Below are positions 26,544-40,499 of a stretch of 64,000 bases of DNA, one piece after another; the first letter of the stretch is position 1; the number at the start of each line of letters is the position of its first letter. The notes under the pieces are model-generated. The model made no database searches. It saw nothing but the letters and a program-made list of their open reading frames with translations, and was not told the DNA's origin. Origin of the DNA: Octopus sinensis (taxonomy: Eukaryota); the NCBI RefSeq assembly GCF_006345805.1, contig NW_021831991.1, positions 404 to 64,403 of the forward strand. Reading direction: 5' to 3'. A program made the translations under genes and the position numbers.

Positions 26544-28822
26544 TAGTATTTTGAAGGCTATCTGTAGATTCGGTTATTTCAACTTTTGTTCTTGGCATAT
26601 CCAGTGAAAAGAAAAGAAATTTCTATGTTCGTGGGAGCCAACACTGAAGCCAGACGGGAGAATATTTTCAAAACTGATGAACCGTTATTCTCTCATTTCC
26701 TCTCTCACCCAGTACTCTGTGAACTGATATAAAACTAGGATATCTTGGAGCTATGTTTAAACAAAGCAACAACATGAAGAAAAGCACAGGCAACGTTTTA
26801 TAAAAGTGTTATGGGCATTGACACACTCCACACTGTATGATATGACCTTTTTTGACCTCTTCAGTTCCGTTATTTACCGAGTGGTAGATCAAGTATGGAT
26901 ATATTTCGATTTTGTTACCGGAACTTATGCTAAAAATGATACAGTGCTAAAATATTTTGAAACGTCCGGCTTTAAATTGAATAGACATTGTATTCCTGGA
27001 TGAATAATAGACAAAATGATTCGGTATTATTTTGAGAATCGTGATATTTCATGCCTTCTCTAAAAGTTATAAGATATATCACTATTCATTTTCAATATTT
27101 TAATACATTAAGGCGTCGAGCTGGCAAAATCCTTACCATACCGGGCAAAATGCTTAACGGTATTTCGTCCGTCTTTACGTTCTAAGATTAAATTCCACTG
27201 CGGTCGTCTTTGTGTTTCATCCTTTCACGGTCGGTCAAATGAGTAGCAGTTGAGTTCTGGGTTTGAAGTGATCGACTTATTCCCTCCACCGAAGTAGCTG
27301 ACCTTCTGCCAAAAACTGAAATAGATATTTCAATGCATTCAGTAAGCAAAAGTGTGCAATTCCATATGAAACATGGCCTCGAATGCATAACAATTAAACT
27401 CACGCAGGCAAATGAATACCTTATCTAGTCAAATAAATAAATGGTTTATCCAGTAGGAAAATCAATACCTTAACCAGCAGACAAATCGATGAGTTATCCA
27501 GTAACTGTTGACGACTTAAAATAGTACTCCAGTTATTGCCCATTCAGGTTTGAAAAAGTCAATACAATTAAAAGATAAATAAATCATTCAAAAGTTAAGA
27601 AAAATAAGAAATAAGACAGATTAAGAGTGCTAAATATTCAATGTGACTAAGTCGATATTTTTGCCCCTATTATAATTACACCCATGTACATTGAAAAACA
27701 GGGACAAACAAGCACTTATAATTCATATATATAGTTCAAATATATAAACTTAAAATTAATCTTGTCGCTTATTTGGCATATCTTGTACTTAATGTTTTTC
27801 CTATGTGCGCACAAATACGTACATACATACATACATACATACAAACATACATACATACATACATACATACATACATACATACATACATACATACATACAT
27901 ACTTACATACATACATACATACATACTTACATACATACATACATACATACATTATTGGAGCCCTGGGATATGTAACACACTGACTAAATATCAATCTTCA
28001 GAAATTAGGCTTCTCAAAACCAGAAAGAATTATGCTAATTCGAAGACTACACATCTGATTCATCACTGGAACTGTAAATATATGCAAATCTTTCCAGCAA
28101 CTCTCCATCCCACGTGTCTCTTCTAGTTCACTGTAGTCCATTCTACATTTCCATTGTGCATATCCTTATCCGAACATGCATTTGTGTCTGCATCTGTGTG
28201 TGCTTACATGTGTGTTTGCGTGCGTATCTATGTGTATTGTATCTGTGTTTTGTGTATGTGTGTATGTGTGTGTGTGTGTGTGTGCGTAAGTTTTCTTACT
28301 ATAATATTTGTATTTGTTTTCCTTATTTTGTTTTTTTTCTTTCATTTGTTTACTTATTTATTTCTCTATTTTTTATCCCATTCCGTCTTAGATATGTGTA
28401 TGTGTGTCTTCTGTGTGCGTGTATATGGGTTTATGTATTGTACTGTTTATACCTGTTCTCTTTTTTTCTTCTGTCATTCCATCTTTACTTAATTAAATGA
28501 GATAAGAAAACAAATAAAGTACACTGGTATAAATAGTATAGTAATAAAACCCACATGCACACACACACAAAACACACATACAAAACGCATAGACGCGTGA
28601 GCATGCTCACGCACACACACACACACACACACATTCACACACACATACACACACATATGCACGCACACATACAGATGCAAGCGCATACGCCGATAAACTC
28701 AATACAGACTAGATAAAGGCAAAGCCAACTCTAAAGCATCTTAGTCCAATGATGCGTTAACTGGCCGAAACTTTGAGGTCACTGTCAACAGCATACTTGT
28801 TTAAGAATCATACATATATACA

Positions 28823-28869
<47 letters not shown>

Positions 28870-28890
28870 TAAAGGCGTGATCTAGAGATG
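26544..28890 (+). repeat. Segmental duplication, copy 1 (empty Penelope site)
   Basis: Collinear with 33924..40421 from GTATTTTGAAGGCTAT to AAAGGCGTGATCTAGAGATG; roughly 90 percent identity by eye. Confidence 0.92.
27952..28098 (+). mobile_element. Short 3' fragment of the LINE at 9200..9350 (paralogous copy at 35884..36023)
   Basis: Direct nucleotide similarity: ccctgggatatgtaacacactg..ggcttctcaaaaccaga..ctaattcgaagactac..tcactggaactgtaaa. Confidence 0.8.
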
Positions 28891-30715
28891 CTTAATATAG
28901 AAGTCATGTGTTAGTGATCAATGACTTGAAATGAAACTCCGTAGTGTTTATCGAGAACAAGGTCCATGCGCAAAGAGTGGCTATAATAAAAATCTAGGGG
29001 AGCTGTTTAGAAGAAAGTGATGTAGATAGTCACAATTAGTTTTGATATATATAAAAATACACTTACGACAAATGCACATATAGATATATATAAGGATATA
29101 TATAGCTACAAAACTAAATATATTCTGAAGATAAACTCGTATGTACAAGCATATAGATATTTATACATACTGACAAATAAATCTACTTTTACAAGGAGTA
29201 TAAAATATACAGAAAACTAAGTGGAGAATGCATGGCTTTTTAACTCAGCAGCTTCTTTTGAACATTTCAACTATTCCGAGCTCTCAGAAACAGTTGTCAA
29301 ATTATGAAGAAACATATATTTTCCCCTTTGTTTTCTGTACCTTTTTAAGCTCCATCTACAAATAAATGCTTTTGCCACTGTATATAAATATTTATGTGCT
29401 TTTACATATGTATTTAGTGGTACCTAGCTTGCTTACCAACTACATAATTCCGGGATCATTCCTACTGCGTAGCATCTTGGGCAAGTGTATTCTAGTATAG
29501 CCTCGGGCCGACCAAATCCTTGTGAGTGGATTTGGTTGACCAAAACTGAAAGAAACCTGTCGTAATACTTTTTTTTCGTTCGGCTTATGAAAAATATTGA
29601 ATCAGATCACACTGATGACGGCTTGTCCTTTTAATGAAAGATCCTACGTCGGTTTCGACGATGAGCTTTCAGTTTCAATTAGTTACCTAATTGTTAATTT
29701 TACGCATATTCCACTGATCCGTGTATTCCCAAAGTAATTCTCGAGTTCAGTTAGCATGAAACTGTGTAACAAGGCTGCACTATGGCGTTACAGCTACAAT
29801 CCACATAAGAGGCTTCTAAACAGTTGCTTTCGATTCATTTTCACTAAAAATGCTTGGTATGATGCATGGTTATGATAGTCTATACATGCTCAAGATTCCA
29901 CACACTGGGATAGAAGACTGGACTTCATGATGACAAAACCAGCTACTTTAATATTTGTCTACAGATGCGTATCCTTTTTAACCAATCATGCTACATCATG
30001 TATGTAGGGCACTGCTATAAATTAATGCCTACTTTAGAGCAAAGGCTGCTAAGAAAGTTCGAGAAGCTAAGTATAATTCGTGTTTAAATAAATTTCTAAG
30101 CGTCTATTCCAGTAGCAATGTATGTATATACAGGCATGCACGCGCATAGATACAATCTCATACATATGGACACACACACATGCATACACAACAAAATAAA
30201 TATTCATGTGTGTGTATGTATATATATATATGAACATAGGATATATATTAAGAGTTGTGCCAAGTAAGCGATACGATAACGTATATAACTTATCCAAGCA
30301 AATAAATTATGCATAAATGTTTGCGGGTGGACGTGGGCGTATGTGTGTGTGATTATATATCATTATAGATGTATTATGTACTTTATCTTATCATTTCTTT
30401 ATCACGCCTATCTTGTACTTTTTAATAAATCCTATTTCGAAATAAAATACACTTCATTACCTTATCTTTGTTACGCCTGAATAATTAGTAATTGATGCGC
30501 TATTTTCAATCATTAGATGTTGTTAGACAAGACACTAATCTACCTAATTTCCATTCGCCATTTTGAATGCTATGCATATCAGGTCACACTTCGTGCACAT
30601 AACTTCAGGTGCGGTTGTGTTTATGAAGCATTTGTTTGTGTGTATGCTCGTACGTGCATTTCAGATGAATCCTCTGTGTACATCTTGATTTATGTATACG
30701 CCCACAGAATTGCAG

Positions 30716-30781
<66 letters not shown>

Positions 30782-32279
30782 CTAGATAGAAGATATTGTA
30801 AATTAATGCACCTCTTCTTTGCAGAACCGCCTTCATGAGATTACAGTACTGCATATCTGATATGTTTCTAGGGATATGTGGTACACTGATTTTCGTAAAG
30901 TAGTTTAATAACTGTACGGACAAAAGATAATGTCTACAACACCTGGAGGTGGTCGTCCCGTCTGTGGCATGTGGCACTTTATTTAATCAATGCAAAGCCT
31001 ACCAGACTACCAACAGTATACACACTGAATGTACCAGCGTGAAAAAAGAAAAAGCCACCGGATGGCAACGGCTGAGAGGCTAGGTCTGCCCTATGAAAAT
31101 TGATTTGGGACTACACACAAACAACTCAACCGATCAACCCAATAAAGTACGATAATGGCGTCCTTTGATATCCTCAGCCACTCGTACTGGAATTCTTTCC
31201 ATTTGTTTTGCCTTTCTTTCTTTCTTTCTTTTTTTTCTTTCTTTCTAAAGGATTTTATGTCAGCCACAAAGCAGCAACATCTCTGCACTTGCATCCAAGA
31301 ATCATGAAAAAATATTAAGAACACGTAAGAAACGTTTAAAACATTTTGAATCACCATAGTAGCTTGAATGAGTAAGCTTCTATACAAGCAGATTACATGA
31401 GAGTTGATCAAATACGTCGCTCACCACTGATATCAAACCTGGGACTGTATTAGACTGCGACAACGATAGTGAATGCTCAATATTCTTTACTGTGAAATTG
31501 GTTAGTCTCTATCTTAACTAGTATAATTTTTTTATCCTTTTCGGATTTTTAAAATCACGATAACCAATGCAATTGTTTACCATGAGCATCAGATGGGCGA
31601 GGTATTTTCTACCATAGGAAAAACCACCCCACAAACGACTCGAATTATATCCGACCATCCTTAAAGAAAGAACTAAACATTTGGATAAAGTGACTCTGGT
31701 TCTCTGCTCGTAAATAAAAGATGAATTCCTCCCATATTGTTTTAGACAAATATGATTTATGCCGCCTATATTTGATAGCGTGAGTAATTACATATTCTGC
31801 CGCCAGAAAAGGATGAAACTTGGCATAGTAATCCTAACCACACCAAGTATTTACTATTATGAAAAGAGCTAAGGATTGTCTTCTTTTGTGTCTAATATCG
31901 CAAAACTAAAAGCTTCATATTATTAGAAACAAATATAAGCAAAAAGAGGATTGTACTGTCTGCACTTGAAGTGTATTTATATTATCTCGAGAGACGATCT
32001 TTAGTTTAAAAGATTTTTGAAATAAAGTACCTACTTTGATTTCCAGACTACATCCGTGTATTAATTCTAGTGTGAAGACATCTGTGTCTCTATATATATT
32101 ACACTATTATGGTAATACGATTTAAAAAATAGATATATTTAGTCATTATCATAAGTCATGTAAACAGTCTACCCTTTCTTTAAGAAAAGGACTGATTTTG
32201 GCTGTCAGATACTCAAAGGACGTTAACAAGTATTGCACCACACATTTGAAGAACTGTGAGAAAAAAGTTATCAGAGAAA

Positions 32280-33720
32280 TACACACAATGTTAAACTCTC
32301 GATCAGTTTTACTTGATAACGAGGACTTTGCTTTGGATGGGGTAATGTCAAATTGAAAAGAAACAGGTTGTGCCCCTGAAGGATTCCTGTCGTTTTTGGT
32401 GACTCTTTAGTTAGAGCTTTGGCCAATGCTAGATTTTGTATATGGGGACACTTTTTGTATATGAGATGATGGCTTTGACAGTTTCATCTGAATACCATAG
32501 TTCAATATTTTATCCAAATACGAGTCATATCTTTCGCCCTGAGCTTCTGTTAAGTGCAAGAGTCAGAGATAATACCGAGCTTCCTTTGCGGGCCCACTTT
32601 TGTTCCGTCTAATGACGGGGTCAGTGTGAAGGGAAATTTTATCAAGAAGCACATTTTTTGACGCTAGTAGCGAGAGTGTTCCCCCTCTTAAGTACTGAGA
32701 TTATGAGGAACACTTTTCTGTAAAGTTGTTGGTTTATTTATATCATAAATCTTGTTTAGAAGTCGAATCAATATTCGTGGAGGAGTGGACTCTTTCAGAT
32801 GATTGAGCGAAGGCGATATGTCCCTAGTGTACCACTGTTTGTCAGTCTTATGAGGAATGGATTGGACATTATTAGTAGGCTGTCTGCTATTCTGTGGTGA
32901 AATACTGAGTCGTCGATAAGTCTAGTTTCACGTATCTCTTAGTTGCCAAAACCGACATCTAGACACTGGAGGTTTCCCCTAGAATGTAAACGGCTTGACA
33001 AGCCCCCTCAGAGCTTCCCAGGCAACGTCTCGATTGCTCTCGACGTGGAGGTTACTGAGTTCTTCATTTTGAAGCGACCTCTTGTACGCGGAACATGTCA
33101 ATATTCTTAGTGAAAATCGATTGATGCTTCTGGGCTGCTTGCATATCTTCTTTACCACTTGCTACCCACCTCGAAGTAGAGGTTACTGTCTTCTTTGCAA
33201 GATACTAACTTCATGCGCAGGCTATCTTCTCTTCCTTAAAAGCAATTCCAGTACTATGTTTCGGTTGCCTTGGTTAGGGTGTCACATACAGTACTGCAAT
33301 TCTCTTAACCAAACAAATGTAAACTTGCATAAGTCAGCAACCTCTGTCACTTTACTCCAATCGATTTATTTCAACGATGGTCTCAACTGAAGGAGGTCGA
33401 TGATTTCAAGTACCCTAGGTCATATATTGGTGACAGTAAGAAAGACTTCCTTACATTCAAGGGAGTAGCTTTTGGTGTTTGTAACGGCTACCACAACATC
33501 TAGTGATCGCGTATTTCAAACTTAACAGAGCCTACTTCTTTCAGGGCACATAAAGAAAGCATTATTTTGTATGAAACCAAACCTTGGACAATGATGAATT
33601 ATCTTCAAGATCGCATTCATGATACATACACAGAATTCTGTATATGGTTCAGAAATATCTCATGACGTGAGGAGAAAACTAAAGAGAAAATTTATGGCTT
33701 CACCCATGCCATTATATAAA
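32280..33720. mobile_element. Highly decayed RTE-clade LINE with inverted 5' part
   Basis: Minus strand DPVIRRNK.. and GILQG..LFLF; plus strand KEVDDFKY.GSYI and ESIILYETKPWT, typical of RTE RT. Confidence 0.55.
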
Positions 33721-36700
33721 TGGTCTATTAAAACTTTTGTTCTAACACAATATTTTAGGTTTAATTTTTTTCAACGCAATTACAATATGTCTTTCTTTTT
33801 CGATTGATTATGTCTAAACTGCAGTTCTCCAATTGTTACCTCTCTAACCCTTCTAGCTTTATTTTTTTCTACTCATCCTTTTGACAGCAATTGTGATTCA
33901 GTCTTGATTTTATTTTCCAGTATGGTATTTTGAAGGCTATTTGTAGATTCGGGCATTTCAACTTTTGTTCTTGCCAAATATTCTGTGGAAAGAAAATAAA
34001 TTTCTGTGTTCGTGGGAGCCAACTCTGAAGCCAGACGGGAGAATATTTTCAAAACTGATGAACTGTTATTCTCTCATTTCCTCTCTCACCCAGTACTCTG
34101 TGAACTGATATAAAACTAGGATATCTTGGAGCTATGTTTAAACAAAGCAACAACATGAAGATAAGGTTTACTTTTACACAAGAAAATAAAGCGAGGTATA
34201 TTAATCTGTAAACTTTTTGCGTACTACGCATGATTCTACAGCTTCTGCTCCGGTGCTATAAATAATCTTTATTGAAAACCAAACTCGAGAGAAGACACTT
34301 CGGGTTTCATGCTTGTCAAGGCTAGTGAAATATCTGACAATCCTTTATAAAGGAATGATGAACATTTTTTGTCATGTCGATTATCTAAGCAGAGATATAG
34401 TAATTACTCAACATTGGGCAGATTCCTATTCATTATGTGTGACATGAAAAGTTTTGAGAGCAAAGCTGAAACTTAAACAAACCAATATATTTAATGATTT
34501 AAATTGCAAAGGCCTCCACACATATTGCATACTAGAACCAATATAAGGGTATATAGCCATGCACTGTTTGCTAGCAAAGGCAATGATTTATAAAAGATTT
34601 ATGGGCATTGACACACTCCACACTGTATGATATGACCTTTTTTGACCTCTTCAGTTCCGTTATTTACCGAGTGGTAGATCAAGTATGGATATATTTCGAT
34701 TTTGTTACCGGAACTTATGCTACAAATGATACAGTGCTAAAATATTTTGAAACGTCCCGCTTTAAATTGAATAGACATTGTATTCCTAGATGAATAATAG
34801 ACAAAATGATTCGGTATTATTTTGAGAATTGTGATATTTCATGCTTTCTCTAAAAGTTATAAGATATATCACTATTCATTTTCAATATTTTAATACATTA
34901 AGGCGTCGAGCTGGCAAAATCCTTACCATACCGGGCAAAATGCTTAACGGTATTTCGTCTGCCGTTACGTTCTGAGTTCAAAATCTGCCGAGGTCGACTT
35001 TGCCTTTCATCCTTTCGGGGTCGATTAAATAAGTACCAGTTACGCACTGGGGTCGATGTAATCGACTTAATCTGTTTTGAATGACCTTGTTGGTCCTCTC
35101 TGTGTTTTTCCCCTTGTGTGTAGTAAAGAAATAGTTATTTCGTCCGTCTTTAAGTTCTTAGATTAAATTTCACTGCGGTCATCTTTGTGTTTCATCTTTT
35201 CTCGGTCGGTCAAATGAGTAGCAGTTGAGTTTGAAGTGATCGACTTATTCCCTCCACTGAAATAGGTGACCTTCTGCCAAAAACTGAAATAGATATTTCA
35301 AAACATTCAGTAAGAGAAAGTGTGTAATTTTATATGAAGCATGACCTCGAATGCATAGCATTGAAACTCACGCAGGCAAATGAATACCTTATCTAGTCAA
35401 ACAAATAAATGGTTTATCCAGTAGGCATCTCAATACCTTAACCAGCAGGCAAATCGATGACTTATCCAGTAACCGTTGACGACTTAAAATAGTACTCCAG
35501 TTATTGCCCATTCAGGTTTGAAAAAGTCAATCCAATTAAAACATAAATAAATCATTCAAAAGTTAAGAAAAATAAGAAATAAGACAGATCAAGAGTTCTA
35601 AATATTCTAAACGACTAAGTCGATAATTTTGCACCTATTGTAATTAGACCCATTTACATTCACATACATGGAAACACAGGCATATATAATTCATATATAT
35701 AGTTCATATATATGAACTTAAAATTAATCTTGTCGCTTATTTGGCATATGATGTTCTACTTAATGCTTTTCCTATGTGCGCACAAATATATACATACATA
35801 CATACATACATACATACATACATACATACATACATACATACATACATCATACATACATACATCATACATACATATATACATATATTATTGGGGCCCTGGG
35901 ATATGTAACTCACTGCCTAATCTTGAGAAATTAAGCTTCTCAAAACCATAAAGGAGAAAGCTAATTCGAAGACTACAGATCCAATCCATCACTGGAACTG
36001 TAAAAATCTGGAAAACTTTCCAGCAACTCTCCATCCCACGTGCCTCCTCTTGTTCAGTGTAGTCCATTATGCTTTTCCATTGTGTGTATCCTTATACATG
36101 CATTTGCGTCTGTATCTGTGTGTGTTTACATGTGTGTATGCGTGCGTATCTATGTGTTTTGTGTGTGTACGTAGGTTTGCTTACTATGATATTTGTGCCT
36201 GTGTCCCTTATTTTGTTTATTTTCATTTGCTTACTTATTTATTTCTCTATTTTTATTCCATTCCGTCTTAGATATGTGTATGTGTGTCTTTTGTGTGCGT
36301 GTATATGGGTTTATCTATTGTACTGATTGTATCTGTCCTCTTTTTCTTCTGTCATTCCGTCTTTAGTCGCCATGTTACGTAGTGTGGTGGTGTGGGCGAA
36401 ACAATAATAAATAAGTAAATAAGTAAACTAATACGTAATTAAATGGGATACGGAATCAAATAAAGTACACTGGTATAAATAGTATAGTAATAAAACCCAC
36501 ATGCACACACACACAAGAGACACATGCAAAACACATAGTCACGCGAGCATGCTCACGCACACACTCACATTCACACACACACATACAAACACGCATGCAC
36601 ACACACATACAGATGCAAGCGCATACGCCGATAAAATATGCAACATAGAAACAGAATGGACTAAACAGAACAGGAGTTGACACGCTGGATGAAGAATCAC

Positions 36701-36746
36701 TGAATAGATGGCTTGAAGTGTATGGAGAAATTTAAGACAAACGTGC

Positions 36747-36778
<32 letters not shown>

Positions 36779-39591
36779 GTGTGCACGCGTGTGTACATGT
36801 GTATGCGTTTCTGTATTTAAGTAAATACAGACTAGATAAAGGCAAAGCCAGCTCTAAAGCATCTTAGTCCAATGATTCGTTAACTGGTTGAAACTTTGAG
36901 GTCACTGTCAACAGCACAATTGTTTAAGAATTATACATATATACATGCATATATATATACCAACCCCAAAACACTTACAGGGGCCCACCACACTATTTCG
37001 AGAACCAAAGGGCTACAACATACAATTCTATGAAATACAATCCACATAACCAAACTAAAACTCCACCACCAAACATCCACCCAAGGAACCAACCATACAA
37101 ACCTAACAAACAACAAATGCACTACAGAAGAAACAACTACCAACACAATATACCTGAAAAAATAAGACGGAACACTAGGTACAAAAGCACACTTCAAAAC
37201 AGAGCACCACAAACTCACTCTGACAATTATAACAACAGGAGACAGATAAACAGTATTTTTGAACATAACTACACCAACCATTTTTTAGACCTTACACACA
37301 GGAACAGGGACACACGATGGCAAAGGACAAACAAAAGAAACCTTAGGTAATTCAAATAATCAATCTCTCAAACAAATAACTAACACCTAACGAAATAAGC
37401 ATACTCTCCAAAGGACTTAAATTTACACCAACCCCACAACGTTCTAATTACTATGAAATGAAAGATGATATTTCGGAATTTCGTAGGAAACTAAGACTTA
37501 CCGAGGAATTTCATGGCAAACAAATAGATGATGAATTAATAGCTAGAAACAACAGCAATTACGCCCCTACCAAGGGAAAGAATAAAGCCTTAGACCGCTA
37601 TTGTGACTACATAACTAATTTCTCTTTTCAATTCACCAAGAAACAAAAACACAACCCAAACTTTAACAAAAGAGAATGGATCGACCTCATCAAACTAAGA
37701 GAAGACAAAACAATAACAATTAAGGAGGCAGATAAGGGCAACGCGGTAGTATTAATGAATACAAACGATTATAAAAATTTAGTGCTATCCCTATTAAGAG
37801 ATGAAACGTATTATGAAAGGGCCCAACAGTATAATCAGCAAAAAATAATGTATAACCTCAGGACATTAATCAACACATACCGAGAAGGACTCACGGACAA
37901 GGAGTATGAATACATCACTAACTTCAAGTGCAAATCGAGTTTGTTCTACGGTATCCCTAAAGTACACAAAAGCCAAATTATTAGTGAAACATGCAAAACA
38001 TCTACCGATATACTCATCAAAATCCCTTCACCAAATGATCTTAAACTTAGACCGATAATAGCAGGGCCAGCATGTGAAACTCACCGCCTCAGCAATTTCT
38101 TAGACACACTTCTTAAACCTTTCCTAAAACACATCAAAAGTACGTAAGAGACGATATAGACATGCTCAACCACCTCCCTAAAACAGTCAATGAGAAAACC
38201 CTTCTAGTATCCTTCGACGTAGTTAACCTTTATTCTAACATCCCTCACACCCTAGGAATAGAAGCGATCACCTTCTGGCTGAATAACTACTCCTTTGAAC
38301 GCCCAACTCGTATAAACAAAGATCTTATAATAGAAGGACTTAGATTTATTTTAGAAAACAATTACTTTATTTTTGACAATAATTTCTACAGACAAAGATC
38401 GGAAACAGCGATGGGCACGCGTACTGCGCCTTCTTTTGCCAAGCTAGTGATGGGATACCTCGAGAAAATACTCTACCAGATAACACTCGAGAAATATGGA
38501 AACACCTTCTCCACCTATATTCAGAACAACTGGAAAAGATACCTCGACGATTGTTTTATCCTCTGGGATAAAAGTATAGAGAAACTTGAGGAATTTAAAA
38601 TACTATTAAATGGAATAAATGATAATATACAATTCACGATGGATCATAACGAAGAAGAATTACCATTTTTAGACATCCTCATTAAGAAAACCGGCAACAA
38701 AATAGAGACAGATATCTATTATAAACCGACAGACTCCAAACAGTACCTACCCTTTGATTCATGCCACCCACGACACACTAGAATAAATGTCCCTTTTTGT
38801 TTAGCTAGAAGGATTTGCACCATAATATCAGACACAAACACCCGACACACACGTCTCCAGGAACTTAGAACCACACTCATAAATAGAAACTATCCACAGC
38901 CCCATGTGGAAGGCCCAACTGCGGAATCTGTGTCATCTTGGTAGAAGGTTCAGAATTTATATTAGAACAAGGCCATCAGTTCACCATTAGAACAAACTTC
39001 ACCTGTGCATCAGAAAACTTAATTTACGTCTTAACATGCGCAGGCTGCAATAGGCAGTATATAGGCCATACAACAAATAGCTTACGTAAAAGGATGGCGG
39101 TGCATAAATCACAAATTAGAAACCCTGAATACCGGAAAATACCGGTCAGCGGACACATAGATAGATGTGCTGCAAATGAAAATCCGAAATTTACAACTTA
39201 CCCACTTTACAAATTCAGTGACAGCGTAACCTTCACTCAACGCCAAAATAAAGAACTTTATTTCATCAAAAAATTTAGACCAAGTTTGAACACCCTGGGC
39301 CAGGAATATTAAAACAAAACATTGCTCTTCCGAAAAAGAAAAATGAAATTCTACCACAACCACTACGACTGCTCCCACTAGCACTACTACTACAACCACC
39401 GTGGTCACTAATATTGCTACTACGATCAACAGCCCCCTACTGCTACTACTGCTGCTACGGCCACTGTGAGAGAATTAAAATAGTGGAGGTGGGGGGAATT
39501 ACAATTTCTCAGATCCTTAAACAGTCACTCCCGCTGGCAGTGGTATGTCTTAGGGAAAGATGAATTTATAAAAAGATTTTTTGTCTGCGAG

Positions 39592-39794
39592 CAGATCTGA
39601 TTTTGATTCGTTAAAAAATTGATGACGTTTTTCTTCCGTGGTCAAACTTGTCGTTCTGCTTCGTTGGCCACCTTACAGGATACAGTTATGGGTCAGATCT
39701 GATTTTGATTCGTTAAAAAATTGATGACGTTTTCTTCCGTGGTCAAGCTTGTCGTCCTGCTTGGTTGGTTTCCTAACAGGATACGGTTATGGGT
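39592..39794 (+). repeat. 102-bp tandem duplication in the Penelope 3' region
   Basis: CAGATCTGATTTTGATTCG starts at 39592 and 39694. Confidence 0.9.
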
Positions 39795-40263
39795 CTTTTC
39801 CTTATATTCGTTGAAGTTTGATTTTGTTTGGTTTGGAATTAAGTGACGTCAGTGAACAGTGCCAGAGAACCGACCACTGTTGCTACCACGATCAACAGCC
39901 CTTTACTACGGCTACTGCTGCTGTCACAGCCACAGCTTAGCTGGTATAACCCCAACCACCACCGAGGTTACCAAAATTACGACCAACAGACGACGACCAA
40001 GAATCACTACTGTTGCTTCCATTGGAACACAAGGTAACACAAAAGCGGTTCCATTTGATACCAGCAAGAAATCTATAATGAACTTCTCCACTACACTCGA
40101 CAAAACAGTAAGGAACGACTATGGATTTTTTCTATTATACTCTTTATAATATATTTGATAAGGTTCGTCTTTTCAAGAACATGGATTCTATTGAATGTAT
40201 GTAACATGGATTCAATTGAATGTATGTAACAATTATGAACTGTTCCATTATACTTTTTATAAT

Positions 40264-40320
40264 AAATTTTTTTGATAAGGTTCGTTTTTTCAAGAACCGA
40301 AACATGTAAAATTGAAATTT
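40264..40320 (+). ncRNA. Type I hammerhead ribozyme (U3-A8 variant) at the Penelope 3' end
   Basis: ttt-TTGATAA-GGTTC(gttttttcaa)GAACC-GAA-ACATGT-A-aaatt: 5-bp stem II, palindromic stem III, GUA triplet; stem I is weak and AU-only. Truncated second copy at about 40151..40180. Confidence 0.7.
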
Positions 40321-40354
40321 ATCTAATATAGTGGCGTTTTCAAACTTCTTTTTT

Positions 40355-40400
<46 letters not shown>

Positions 40401-40499
40401 TAAAGGCGTGATCTAGAGATGTATATATTACATGAGAGTATCTGTGAATGTATGTGTGCTTGTGTGTGACTCGCCTATTATCTCTCTACTTGAATGTTT

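Larger units (their letters stand above)
36960..40358 (+). mobile_element. Penelope-like retroelement (RT + GIY-YIG, Neptune-like), defective
   Basis: INLS..LT..E..ILSKGLKFTPTP N-terminus; IKEADKGNAVV, LRPIIAG, TAMG, WKRYLDDCF RT motifs; CGRPNCGIC linker; IYVLTCAGCNRQYIG GIY-YIG domain; 3' hammerhead; inserted in (TA)n. Confidence 0.93.
33924..40421 (+). repeat. Segmental duplication, copy 2 (contains the Penelope insertion)
   Basis: As copy 1, plus extra blocks at about 34161..34575, 34960..35140, 36630..36820 and 36960..40358. Confidence 0.92.

Noticed and set aside
29615-29660. CTGATGA..GAAAGATCCTA hammerhead-like words
   Set aside because: Stems I and II do not pair.
39109-39429. 106-aa minus-strand ORF and 36931..37281 ORF
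   Set aside because: Antisense shadows of the Penelope coding or low-complexity regions.
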